59,755 bases of DNA from a virus (IMGVR_UViG_3300042924_007750:1-59755), one strand, 5' to 3'; positions 48,883 through 57,878 are shown, counted from the stretch's first letter. Translations and numbers: made by a program. The notes: generated by a model from the sequence alone, not told the origin.

Positions 48883-50069
48883 AAAACAATACCTTCAATA
48901 GAAATTTTTACTTGTTTATTGTTATTTTCAAAAACCAAATTTTTCTTGTTTGTTCTTCCAACGAACTCGAAACCTTTATTTTCTTCTAAAAACTTCTTGC
49001 TTGCTAATTCTTGTTCGATTGTTTCTGACAAATTTTCAATTTTGTTTAGCATCGAACTAAATTTTGTCTTGGTAGAACCTTGTCTTTCTTCAAACAATTT
49101 CTTTGCATGCTCAACCTCTGAAGAACTTACTTCGAAATACTTGCTCAACACTTTGTCAATTTTGCTTTCTTTCATTGACATGCCGAAATTGTAATCTTCA
49201 GAACCCATGCCTTCCATAGGTTCTTCTGGAGAAATTTCAGCATCCATTTCAAAATCCATTTCAGCACCTGGTTCTTCCATTCCCATGTCCATATCCATTT
49301 CAGAGTCAGCTTCAACGTCTTCGAACTTAGCCATGATGTCTTCCATGTCTTCTGGTTCGAGTTTAGTCAAATCAACCGCAGATAAAACCATGTTGATTAC
49401 ATATTTGATATCCTCAGAAGTCATTCCATCCTGAGATTCAAGTGCTCTCATTTTTTGAGTGAGCTTGCCTGTCAATTTTTGGATAAGTCTGAAAGAAACT
49501 TTCTCTTCCATATCTTGCTCCATACCAGCAGGCTCTTCCATAGAAGTGTCTACGTCCATATCAACATCCATTCCTAAGTCCATACCCATGTCACCACCAG
49601 CGTCATCAGTAGCATCAACAGAAGGTAATTCTGGTTCTGGAAGTGGAGCTGGTTCAGCTGGAACAGGTGGAATCTCAGCAACTGGTGCTGGTGGGGTTGG
49701 AGTTTTTAAAACAAATTTCTTTTGTTCACCAAATAATTTAACCTCTTCATCTTGTCCATTCATCTCATTGTTTTCCTTGATAATCAAGTTGAGTTTTCTT
49801 AGAGCTTGGGCATAAGATGAGTGATATTTTCTATTTTTCATAGGCTCCATGTAATCCAAAGAAGATTCGTTGATACCTTTCTTGATGATGTATCCTTGCT
49901 TCTCTTTTACAATGTGGTAATCCATTCCATCAGCTAAGTTGATGGAATATTCGGATGCACCTTCATTGACGCTTGTTGAAGTCGTCTTGTAGGTGGCAAT
50001 CTCCATAATTCTTTTTAATTTGTCGACACCTTCAAGTTTTTCGCTGCCGATTGGTTTTAATTTTGCCAT
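48879..50069 (-). CDS. Acidic putative prohead core protein
   Basis: D/E/M-rich low-complexity segments like the scaffold; many [LIV]xE sites. Confidence 0.7.
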   Translation of the reverse strand: MAKLKPIGSEKLEGVDKLKRIMEIATYKTTSTSVNEGASEYSINLADGMDYHIVKEKQGYIIKKGINESSLDYMEPMKNRKYHSSYAQALRKLNLIIKENNEMNGQDEEVKLFGEQKKFVLKTPTPPAPVAEIPPVPAEPAPLPEPELPSVDATDDAGGDMGMDLGMDVDMDVDTSMEEPAGMEQDMEEKVSFRLIQKLTGKLTQKMRALESQDGMTSEDIKYVINMVLSAVDLTKLEPEDMEDIMAKFEDVEADSEMDMDMGMEEPGAEMDFEMDAEISPEEPMEGMGSEDYNFGMSMKESKIDKVLSKYFEVSSSEVEHAKKLFEERQGSTKTKFSSMLNKIENLSETIEQELASKKFLEENKGFEFVGRTNKKNLVFENNNKQVKISIEGIVL

Positions 50070-50089
50070 GGTTTTTTATTATTTAAATT

Positions 50090-50968
50090 TTAATTATTAA
50101 GGCCGTGCATACCCCCTAGTTCAACAGCACTCAAGTCAACTACAGTACCTTGTCTATTACCATCTGGGCCGATAGGTACCCAATCAACTGGGTGAGGATA
50201 TTCTGCGGTGTAGGTTACACCACTACAAGTTATGCAAGCTTCGGCTTCATACTGAACATTAACATCGAACACTCCAAATGGAGTTGCTGACGGAGTAGGG
50301 GTCATTGTTTGCGTTTGAGTCTGCGTAGGGGTAGCAGTATTTGTTGTGGTTTGTGTTGGCGTTGCAGTTTTTGTTGGTGTTTGTGTGGGGGTTGCTGTAT
50401 TAGTTGTTGTTTGTGTTGGTGTTTGTGTTTGAGTATTAGTTGGAGTCAAAGTTGGTGATGCTGTAATACTAGGGGTTGGAGTGTTAGATGCGGTAATACT
50501 CGGGGTTGGAGTGTTTGTTGGTGTTTGAGTTTGAGTATTGGTTGGTGTTGCAGTGTTAGTTGTTGTTGGTGTTTGAGTTTGAGTTGCTGTCTGACTTGGT
50601 GTCTGTGTATTAGTATTTGTTGGGGTTTGCGTTTGAGTTGGTGTTGGTGTTTGTGTCGCAGTCCTTGTAGGTGTTTGAGTATTCGTTGGTGTATTGGATG
50701 GGGTTTGAGTAGGGGTAGAAGTCGGAGATTCTGTTGGGGTTGGTGTTAAGTCTCCAAGACATTCAACGCAGTTAATCCAAGGACCATTAAATACCGTTAC
50801 AACTGTGGCTAAAGGGGTTTCATCAATTGGTGCAAGAGTCCAACAACCTATGTTTGTAGACCCTACTAATAATTCATAAATTCTACCCGAAACAATTGCA
50901 GCTTCGGTAGCAAAAAATCTTGACGGTTGCCCAATACAAGAAGTTCCAACAAAATAATTCAACGCCAT
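50090..50968 (-). CDS. Thr/Pro-rich (mucin-like) putative virion protein
   Basis: Cys-rich N-domain (GCWTL...GPWINCVEC), ~150-aa TPTQT linker, CxxC C-domain; TATTTAT at 50983-50989. Confidence 0.8.
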   Translation of the reverse strand: MALNYFVGTSCIGQPSRFFATEAAIVSGRIYELLVGSTNIGCWTLAPIDETPLATVVTVFNGPWINCVECLGDLTPTPTESPTSTPTQTPSNTPTNTQTPTRTATQTPTPTQTQTPTNTNTQTPSQTATQTQTPTTTNTATPTNTQTQTPTNTPTPSITASNTPTPSITASPTLTPTNTQTQTPTQTTTNTATPTQTPTKTATPTQTTTNTATPTQTQTQTMTPTPSATPFGVFDVNVQYEAEACITCSGVTYTAEYPHPVDWVPIGPDGNRQGTVVDLSAVELGGMHGLNN

Positions 50969-51035
50969 GGACTTTTTTTTCTATAAATATTGCTCGTTTT
51001 ATAATAAACTTAATAAATAAATATCAAACAATAGT

Positions 51036-51788
51036 TTAATCCAACATTTTTACTTCAACAGAAAGCTCTTTATCGGTTTGACGGTTGACAGTATCGTAAA
51101 GTTTTTCCAAAAGTCCGGACCTACGCAAGTATTTAAAAACCAAATTTTCGTAGGAATATTCTCCCTCTTTTTCTAGTCCTGACTTGCGATAGTCTTTCAA
51201 TTTTTCTTTTAGTTTCTGAATATTTTCTTCGTTGGCTTTGAGCCCCCCCTTTTTAATGCTGGTAATAAGGCTTTCAATTTTATCTACCCAGGAGTCAATT
51301 TTTTTGGTTAGTACCAAACTCTCGAGTTGGGGTTTTTCTTTTGATGGTTTGCTCACCCATTTGTTGTCTTGGATAGAATACACCCCTGAAGCAAAATGTG
51401 CTTCTTCAGCATCTTGTGGGTAGAGTTCAACAGGATAGTCGTAGATGGTGATATCGTGCTTGTCGTTATAAAGCTGTTTTTTTAGACCAAACAAATCTTT
51501 GTAGAGTTGGGCTTGTTTTCCGTATTGTTTGAAATCGATAATAAGATGCAGGTCAAAATCAGAAAACTCTGACCAGTTGTAATTGGATAGACTTCCTGTT
51601 AGAACAATATCATCTACTTTAACATCTTCCCCTAGGGTATCCTCAAAATCTTTTGCAATTTTAAGAAGAGCATCTTTGACTTTTGGTTTGAGGGTTGCTT
51701 TCTCACCATCGTTAGGGTTTTCCCACACCTTTTGGTTGAGGGTATCTCTTACTTTGAAACTCTTAAGGATTGTGGATATCTGGGCCAT
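51036..51788 (-). CDS. Pol-beta-superfamily nucleotidyltransferase
   Basis: LTGSLSNYNW..SDFDLH (GS...DxD) plus downstream PVELY. Confidence 0.85.
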   Translation of the reverse strand: MAQISTILKSFKVRDTLNQKVWENPNDGEKATLKPKVKDALLKIAKDFEDTLGEDVKVDDIVLTGSLSNYNWSEFSDFDLHLIIDFKQYGKQAQLYKDLFGLKKQLYNDKHDITIYDYPVELYPQDAEEAHFASGVYSIQDNKWVSKPSKEKPQLESLVLTKKIDSWVDKIESLITSIKKGGLKANEENIQKLKEKLKDYRKSGLEKEGEYSYENLVFKYLRRSGLLEKLYDTVNRQTDKELSVEVKMLD

Positions 51789-51808
51789 CCTTTATAAATA
51801 CCCAAACT

Positions 51809-52051
51809 TTAAAGTTTATTGTATTTAAATGTTTTGGCAATTTCCCCGGAAAAATATTTCCCTTGTGATTCTGCCATTCTAAATTTTGTGTAGATTGCGT
51901 GGGGGACCTCAAGATATTGGTATCGAGTTCCGTTTTTAAATTCGACAATCATGTCCTTGTTTTCGGTGTCGTACTGTGAGCGCACAATTGTTCCAGATTC
52001 AATTTCGTTAAGGATAACCGTCCCTTTTATTTCTTCTCTTTTTATTCCCAT
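51809..52051 (-). CDS. KTSC-domain protein
   Basis: ES..I....YD.....VEFKNG..YQY..VP...Y..F..AES.GKYF; start reassigned to ATG 52051. Confidence 0.85.
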   Translation of the reverse strand: MGIKREEIKGTVILNEIESGTIVRSQYDTENKDMIVEFKNGTRYQYLEVPHAIYTKFRMAESQGKYFSGEIAKTFKYNKL

Positions 52052-52091
52052 AATAATAAAGTTTAAATTAAGCTTATAATAGATAAATACC

Positions 52092-52124
52092 AAAAACCCC
52101 CAGCTTTCGCCAGGGGTCAAAAAA
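52092..52124 (-). terminator. Intrinsic terminator
   Basis: Minus strand ACCCCTGGC-GAAA-GCTGGGGGT followed by TTTT, after the UVR-domain gene. Confidence 0.7.
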
Positions 52125-52139
52125 TCATGGGTTTTTTAA

Positions 52140-52565
52140 CTATTTTAATTTTTTTATTTCATCCCTAATTTCAATAGCTTTTTCAAAATCTTGTTTATTG
52201 ATTGCTTCCTTAAGGTCATTTTCCAAACCGTTAATTTTTTCCTTATTTGCTTCAAGGTTTTTAATGCGGTCACGCAATTCCACAGCCATTTCAAATTCTT
52301 GTTCCTCAATAGCCTTTTGCAAAAGATTTTGAAGTTTGTTAATATCGGAATTGTTTTCCGATGGTTGTGGATTACCCGAGCTTCTATAAATGGTTGTAAA
52401 TTGTATCATACCATCTTCTGATGTGAAAGTTTCCTTGGACCAATTACCGAGGTCGTCTTTACCTGTTTCAGTTTTAGTTGACCGTATTACAAACGGGTCG
52501 AATTGATTTCTTAAGAAAGAGTTTAGAATGGAATCTAAATCTTCGAAAATTCTTTTTTTTGCCAT
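52140..52565 (-). CDS. Tandem UvrB/UvrC (UVR) motif protein, McsA-like putative Clp adaptor
   Basis: Two copies: LQKAIEEQEFEMAVELRDRIK and LKEAINKQDFEKAIEIRDEIK. Confidence 0.85.
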   Translation of the reverse strand: MAKKRIFEDLDSILNSFLRNQFDPFVIRSTKTETGKDDLGNWSKETFTSEDGMIQFTTIYRSSGNPQPSENNSDINKLQNLLQKAIEEQEFEMAVELRDRIKNLEANKEKINGLENDLKEAINKQDFEKAIEIRDEIKKLK

Positions 52566-52602
52566 TTTTGTTTTTGTTAATTTTTATTTGCCATTACAAT
52601 AC

Positions 52603-52618
52603 GCAATGCAAATGCCAA
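52603..52618 (-). promoter_or_regulatory. Sigma54-type (-24/-12) promoter
   Basis: Minus strand TTGGCATTTGCATTGC = GG-N10-GC, 37 nt upstream of ATG 52565. Confidence 0.65.
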
Positions 52619-52629
52619 AACAAGAGTTA

Positions 52630-52684
52630 TGACACTTTGTCAGGTAATTTTAGTTTAGGTAACCTAATACATGACAAACTGTCA
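52630..52684. promoter_or_regulatory. Two TGACA-N3-TGTCA palindromes flanking a TTAGGT-A-ACCTAA palindrome
   Basis: TGACActtTGTCA 52630-52642, TTAGGTaACCTAA 52655-52667, TGACAaacTGTCA 52672-52684. Confidence 0.75.
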
Positions 52685-52762
52685 ATTAATAAATATTTTT
52701 TACAGTGCGTTTGGAAATGTGCGTTTTTTGTTTAACCTTTGTACAAATCAAATTATGAAACC

Positions 52763-54766
52763 ATGAGCGAAACTATGGACGACGACGACGATAAGGCCCT
52801 CGGTAGGAAGAAACCCTCTTCCGATTCTAGAACTCCTGTTCTGGATAATTTTTCCCGTGACCTTAATAAACTTGCTGAGCAAGGAAAGCTCGACCCAGTA
52901 ATTGGTCGAGAAAAAGAAATCGTGCGCATTGCACAGATTCTCTCTCGTAGAAAAAAGAACAACCCTATCATCCTAGGTGAACCGGGTTGTGGTAAAACCG
53001 CAATTGTGGAGGGTCTTGCGAGCTTGATTGTAAATGGAAGCTGTCCCAAGAACCTTCTTGATAAGCGCATCGTCACCCTTGACCTTACAGCAGTTGTTGC
53101 TGGTACAAAATACCGTGGTCAGTTTGAGGAGCGTCTTAAGGTTATCTTGGAGGAACTTTCCCAAAACCCCAACATCGTCATCTTCATTGATGAAATCCAT
53201 ACCTTAATTGGTTCGGGTAACTCTTCCGGTAGCCTAGATGGTTCCAACATCTTTAAACCTGCTTTGGCTAGAGGGGAAATCCAGTGCATCGGCGCTACCA
53301 CGTTGGATGAATACCGCAAATCATTTGAAAAGGACGGAGCTTTGGAGCGTCGCTTCCAAAAGGTAATGGTGGACCCATCCACCGTTGCTGAAACCATTCA
53401 AATTCTCACCAACATCCGAGACCGCTACGAGGCATTTCACAAGGTATCGTACTCTGATGAAGTCATCGAGCTGTGTGTAAAGCTCGCTGACCGTTACATC
53501 ACCGACCGAGAATTCCCTGACAAAGCATTTGATATCCTTGATGAAGTGGGAGCTCGCAGTCAGACCGAGCAGAAGATTCCAGAGATAATTGAGGAGCTTA
53601 AACATAAAGCTGCTGATATTAAGCTTCAGAAGATGGAAGTTGTAAAAAAGCAGAACTACGAAGAAGCTGCGGCACTTCGTGATAAAGAACGGAATATTCT
53701 TGTAAAACTTCAAAATGAGAAGAAGAAGTTCGAACAAGAGTCCGCAACCCATCGTGTTCCAATTACCGTGGAGCAGGTATACGATGTCGTATCTAATATG
53801 ACCAAAATCCCGGTGAGCAAAATGTCAATTGATGACACCAACGCTCTTATCAATATGGACAAGGTTCTTATGAGCAAGGTCATTGGTCAAGATGAAGCGG
53901 TCTCCAAGATTGTTAAATCAATCCGTAGAAACCGCATCGGAATTAAAGACCCCAACCGTCCGATTGGTTCGTTTATATTCCTTGGTTCAACGGGAGTTGG
54001 TAAGACTCACCTGGCAAAGCAAATTGCAAAGGAAATGTTTGGTTCGGAAAGCGCTCTTATCCGCGTTGACATGAGCGAATACCAGGAGAAGCACACAATT
54101 TCCCGATTGGTTGGAGCGCCTCCGGGATATGTGGGTTACGAAGAAGGTGGACAGCTGACCGAACAAGTCAAAAACAAACCTTATGCTGTAATCCTATTCG
54201 ATGAAGTTGAAAAGGCACACAAGGACATCTTTTCGATTTTGCTCCAAATTCTAGATGATGGTCACGCAACCGATTCATTGGGACGCAAAATCAACTTCAA
54301 GAACACCTTGATTATCATGACCACAAACCTTGGGGTTAAGAAACTACAGGATTTTGGTTCCGGAATCGGTTTTTCTTCCAACAAGTATTCAAACGAGGAG
54401 GCAAAAAAACAAATTTTGATGAAGGAAATGAAGAACTTCTTCTCACCTGAATTCATCAACCGTATCGACGATACAATTGTTTTTGAAACTTTATCACAAG
54501 AAAATATCCAACAAATCGTTGGTTTGGAATTAGAAAAGCTTTCCAAGCGTTTGGGTGAAATGAAATATAAGATTGTGATGGATAAAACTGTAACCGAATA
54601 CATCGCAAAAGTTGGATTCGACCAGGTTTATGGTGCACGTCCAATCAAGCGTGCCATCCAGGATAAAATCGAGGACTTCCTGTCCGAACTTATCCTAATT
54701 GGCAAACTCAAAGAAAACCGCAAATATACCATCAAGGTGGTGGACGAGCAGGTGAAAATCTCTTAA
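52763..54766 (+). CDS. clpC: ClpC-like AAA+ unfoldase lacking the Clp N-domain
   Basis: GKLDPVIGR, GEPGCGKT, FIDEIH, UVR-type M-domain (QNYEEAAALRD), GSTGVGKT, FDEVEKAH, GIGF ClpP-docking loop, YGARP. Confidence 0.92.
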   Translation: MSETMDDDDDKALGRKKPSSDSRTPVLDNFSRDLNKLAEQGKLDPVIGREKEIVRIAQILSRRKKNNPIILGEPGCGKTAIVEGLASLIVNGSCPKNLLDKRIVTLDLTAVVAGTKYRGQFEERLKVILEELSQNPNIVIFIDEIHTLIGSGNSSGSLDGSNIFKPALARGEIQCIGATTLDEYRKSFEKDGALERRFQKVMVDPSTVAETIQILTNIRDRYEAFHKVSYSDEVIELCVKLADRYITDREFPDKAFDILDEVGARSQTEQKIPEIIEELKHKAADIKLQKMEVVKKQNYEEAAALRDKERNILVKLQNEKKKFEQESATHRVPITVEQVYDVVSNMTKIPVSKMSIDDTNALINMDKVLMSKVIGQDEAVSKIVKSIRRNRIGIKDPNRPIGSFIFLGSTGVGKTHLAKQIAKEMFGSESALIRVDMSEYQEKHTISRLVGAPPGYVGYEEGGQLTEQVKNKPYAVILFDEVEKAHKDIFSILLQILDDGHATDSLGRKINFKNTLIIMTTNLGVKKLQDFGSGIGFSSNKYSNEEAKKQILMKEMKNFFSPEFINRIDDTIVFETLSQENIQQIVGLELEKLSKRLGEMKYKIVMDKTVTEYIAKVGFDQVYGARPIKRAIQDKIEDFLSELILIGKLKENRKYTIKVVDEQVKIS

Positions 54767-54771
54767 CATAG

Positions 54772-54800
54772 AAGGGGGAACGAAAGTTCCCCTTTTTTAT
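54772..54800 (+). terminator. Intrinsic terminator after clpC
   Basis: GGGGAAC-GAAA-GTTCCCC followed by TTTTTT. Confidence 0.9.
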
Positions 54801-54830
54801 TTTCAAAGGTATTTATAACAAAATGCTTTA

Positions 54831-55427
54831 GTGAAAAAATACATAAAATTAACTGAAAGTGACCTTACAAGAATTATTAAAAGAGTTATTTCAGAACAAG
54901 AAAATGATGATGCGTGTGTTCAAGAAGAACTTGATACCCTGAATGATTTTTTGGGTGGAATCGTCACATTAGAGCCCCAAGACATCGGTGGAGAATTAAG
55001 TCATGAGGACTTGTTATCTTCGGTCACTGACCCCAAACAAAAAAATATTTTGTCCAGGGTCCTTAGCAACATCTCACAAATGAACATGAACCAGTTAAAG
55101 GAGGAACTCAAAAAAGTCATGTCAATGAAAAATCTCAAAGAACAACAAACTCCGTATATGGATAGAACAACTGAAATCGGTGGAGTTCAAGTACCCACAG
55201 TTCTGGTCCACGGGTCATTAGGTTTATTGGCAATTGCAATTCTAACCAAAATGATTAAAGGTCTAGTAAATATTCAATCAAATTCTGGTTCAAGAAGAAA
55301 AAGAAGCAGTCGTATCTTTTCAAAAGCAGTAGGGTGCCAAGGAGGAGCGGCACGCGCAAGACTCGTTAGAATGAGACGAAGAAGAGAAAACTGGAGAAGT
55401 TTCCTTAAAAAAATTGGACTAAGATAA
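54831..55427 (+). CDS. Leader-family protein with hydrophobic helix and Arg-rich tail
   Basis: (M)KKYIKLTESDLTRIIKRVISEQ leader; TATTTAT at 54810-54816. Confidence 0.8.
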   Translation: MKKYIKLTESDLTRIIKRVISEQENDDACVQEELDTLNDFLGGIVTLEPQDIGGELSHEDLLSSVTDPKQKNILSRVLSNISQMNMNQLKEELKKVMSMKNLKEQQTPYMDRTTEIGGVQVPTVLVHGSLGLLAIAILTKMIKGLVNIQSNSGSRRKRSSRIFSKAVGCQGGAARARLVRMRRRRENWRSFLKKIGLR

Positions 55428-55447
55428 AAAAAATTAAAAATACAAAA

Positions 55448-55789
55448 ATGAAAAAAGTAATCAGATTTACAGAATCAGATTTGACAAAAATTATTCAAAA
55501 AGTTATTGAAGAACAGGAGCAACCTATTTCATTACCATCAAAGGGACTCAAACCTGTTTTTGATTCGTCAAAAATCGCACAAATAAAATCACAGGCAGAT
55601 GTTTTAGCAAAAGACACCGAACTTATCAAACAAGTACTAGAAACATTGAAAAAGTGGGACCCAGAAGCTTATTATATGCTTACACGTGGTGATGACCCCA
55701 TAAAAAAAACAGTACTAGGTGACCTTATCACCTATGGAAGTATAATTGGTATGATTTACGGAATTGTACAAGAACTAAGAGGAAGATAA
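55448..55789 (+). CDS. Leader-family protein with C-terminal hydrophobic helix
   Basis: MKKVIRFTESDLTKIIQKVIEEQ leader. Confidence 0.8.
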   Translation: MKKVIRFTESDLTKIIQKVIEEQEQPISLPSKGLKPVFDSSKIAQIKSQADVLAKDTELIKQVLETLKKWDPEAYYMLTRGDDPIKKTVLGDLITYGSIIGMIYGIVQELRGR

Positions 55790-55790
55790 A

Positions 55791-56270
55791 ATGAAAAAAG
55801 TTATTAGATTATCAGAAAATGATTTGGTTAGATTGATTGAAAGAGTTATCAATGAACAACCAACACAAACTAAAAGTCCTGAAGAGTGTATAAGGTTACG
55901 CAAAAAGATAGATATTGCAAAATCTCGCGCACAAAGCGTTATTGCAATGGCACCTAGACAACTCCAGGATATCCTGAAGAAAGCATTTGAAACCGGAGTA
56001 AACCAGGGTCCTGAGGCATTTAAGAATGCATTACCAAGAGAAGCAAGAGAAACCCTGGACAAAAAGATTAGAACAACCAGAATGCCAAAGACCAACTCTG
56101 AAATTGAATCTATGATATCCCAAGCTCAACAGGAAGTGGAAAACATTCAAGAACAAGTGAAATCTTGGCTAGGTTTATTTATAAACATCGGAATAATATT
56201 GATGGTACTTTGGGTTTTATTAATCATTATCGGAAATACAGGTGGTGATATAGCCGGTTACTGCGGTTAA
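55791..56270 (+). CDS. Leader-family protein with C-terminal transmembrane helix
   Basis: MKKVIRLSENDLVRLIERVINEQ leader; WLGLFINIGIILMVLWVLLIII. Confidence 0.8.
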   Translation: MKKVIRLSENDLVRLIERVINEQPTQTKSPEECIRLRKKIDIAKSRAQSVIAMAPRQLQDILKKAFETGVNQGPEAFKNALPREARETLDKKIRTTRMPKTNSEIESMISQAQQEVENIQEQVKSWLGLFINIGIILMVLWVLLIIIGNTGGDIAGYCG

Positions 56271-56286
56271 AATACCAACTAAAACA

Positions 56287-56321
56287 AAAAACCCCCACAT
56301 AAAATGGGGGTTTATTTTTTT
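56287..56321 (+). terminator. Intrinsic terminator
   Basis: AAACCCCCA...TGGGGGTTT followed by ATTTTTTT. Confidence 0.75.
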
Positions 56322-56339
56322 AAACATATTTATAAACAG

Positions 56340-57065
56340 ATGAAAAATCTTATTTTAAAAATATTACACGAAGAAGTAAAAAACGGTAATGTTATCTGCG
56401 ATAACTGTGGTTGGTCTTGGAGTTTAAAAGAGGGGGGTCACGACCCTTATATCTGCCATCAATGCAATCATAATAATGAGCCGAAGAAAACCAAAACTAT
56501 CAAAGAAGATACAGAAGGGTCTTCTAATTCTACTGAATCCAATCCTCCAGATTTCAAACAAAAGTTATACGATTTTTTGAAGAAAAAATGGGACGAAAAT
56601 GGATTTAATCTTAAAGATGTAGTTAAACTTAAAAGAATTTTAGGTAAGTTCAACGAACATATCTATATTACAAAATACTTTGGTGGTATTGAAAATATAA
56701 TGAACAAATACGTAAAAAAACTACAGAGTTGTTTGAATTGTAGTTTTGGTAATTTATCTTTTGAGTTTGTTATAGACTATTATGAACTAAATTCTAATTA
56801 TAATTATACAGGTGCTATTAACTTATACGTTGACGTTTCTGAAGATGTGTTTGGTACGTTTTATAGTTATAATGACAAAACAATTTCCGCCAGGAAAGTT
56901 ATGAAAGACGATGATTATTCGGAATATTCAGATGACCTTGAAAGAGCGATAATCGACTCAATTGAAATCAAAATGAATCAATCACTAAATCCATATGGAG
57001 TAAGTGTTGAAGTTGTTGACCTAGTATTTGTTCCATTCAGACTTTTATCAAAAAACAAGATTTGA
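56340..57065 (+). CDS. Hypothetical protein with short leader and Zn-ribbon
   Basis: MKNLILKILHEE leader; CDNC...CHQC; TATTTAT at 56327-56333. Confidence 0.75.
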   Translation: MKNLILKILHEEVKNGNVICDNCGWSWSLKEGGHDPYICHQCNHNNEPKKTKTIKEDTEGSSNSTESNPPDFKQKLYDFLKKKWDENGFNLKDVVKLKRILGKFNEHIYITKYFGGIENIMNKYVKKLQSCLNCSFGNLSFEFVIDYYELNSNYNYTGAINLYVDVSEDVFGTFYSYNDKTISARKVMKDDDYSEYSDDLERAIIDSIEIKMNQSLNPYGVSVEVVDLVFVPFRLLSKNKI

Positions 57066-57878
57066 GGAAAAACGTGTTCCACGCTTTTTGTAGTGCAGTT
57101 TATAACCCAACTCAGCAATCATTTTTTTCCCAATTTCAATTCCGTTGAAGACATCTTCAAGAACAACATATTCGTTACGAGTGTGGTAATTATAATATCC
57201 GATGGATATGTTAATACAAGAAAAGTCAAACTTTCCGCGCAAAGAATAAACATCAGTATAAGGGTGAACAAGATATTCCAAGCTTTCCCCAACATTTTCA
57301 ACGAGAATTTTATCACAAGTTTCAAAAAACTCGGATTCCCTGTCAAAAAGTTGTTGACCAAAACAATATTCTGTCACCATCCAATTTTCTGGACCATCGA
57401 ATTGGATACCGTACCCAACGTTTTGAAAAAACTCAACATCAGCTTTAGCGGAACCAAGGCATCCGGTTTCTTCCGCAACAAAAAATGCTGCTTTTACATT
57501 TGGAAGTTCTTCCAATACTTGCAAACATGCAAAAACGCCAGCCTTATCATCACCACCAATGCCAGTTGGGTTTCCGTGATTATCATAAGCTTTAAATGAT
57601 GGTTTAAGTTCACCCTGGGCATTTTCATGCATTTCCTCACGGACATTAATTTCGTTTAATCCATGAACGGTATCAGTATGAGCAATAACACAAGGAAAAT
57701 ATTCCACATCTGCATCAGTTTGCTTTGTGGCATAGACATTTAGCATGTCATCAATATAATATTCAATATTGTTTTCTTTGAGCCAATCGCAAATAAATTC
57801 GACAAGCAAACCCTCTCTATGAGTTGCTGTGGGAACCGATAGTACCTCTTTTAGGAGTTGAATTTTTTCGTGAAGCAT
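57048..57878 (-). CDS. M20/M28-family Zn peptidase
   Basis: AHTDTVH, GGDDKAGV, EETGCLGS, YTD, GYYNYHT; start reassigned to ATG 57878. Confidence 0.85.
   Translation of the reverse strand: MLHEKIQLLKEVLSVPTATHREGLLVEFICDWLKENNIEYYIDDMLNVYATKQTDADVEYFPCVIAHTDTVHGLNEINVREEMHENAQGELKPSFKAYDNHGNPTGIGGDDKAGVFACLQVLEELPNVKAAFFVAEETGCLGSAKADVEFFQNVGYGIQFDGPENWMVTEYCFGQQLFDRESEFFETCDKILVENVGESLEYLVHPYTDVYSLRGKFDFSCINISIGYYNYHTRNEYVVLEDVFNGIEIGKKMIAELGYKLHYKKRGTRFSSNLVF

Noticed and set aside
39435-49815. Ser-rich plus-strand ORFs (39435, 42737, 49207, 49459 and others)
   Set aside because: Antisense shadows of acidic D/E/M-rich head proteins and the portal tail.
51763-52120. ORF-track starts at 52120 (and 5079, 9546, 13606, 22532, 56304, 57923) and the ORF 51763..51948
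   Set aside because: The extensions run through terminators, promoters or upstream genes, and downstream ATGs fit better; 51763..51948 overlaps KTSC out of frame.
52755-52766. Mini-ORF ATG AAA CCA TGA overlapping the clpC start
   Set aside because: Three codons, easily arising by chance; no supporting evidence.
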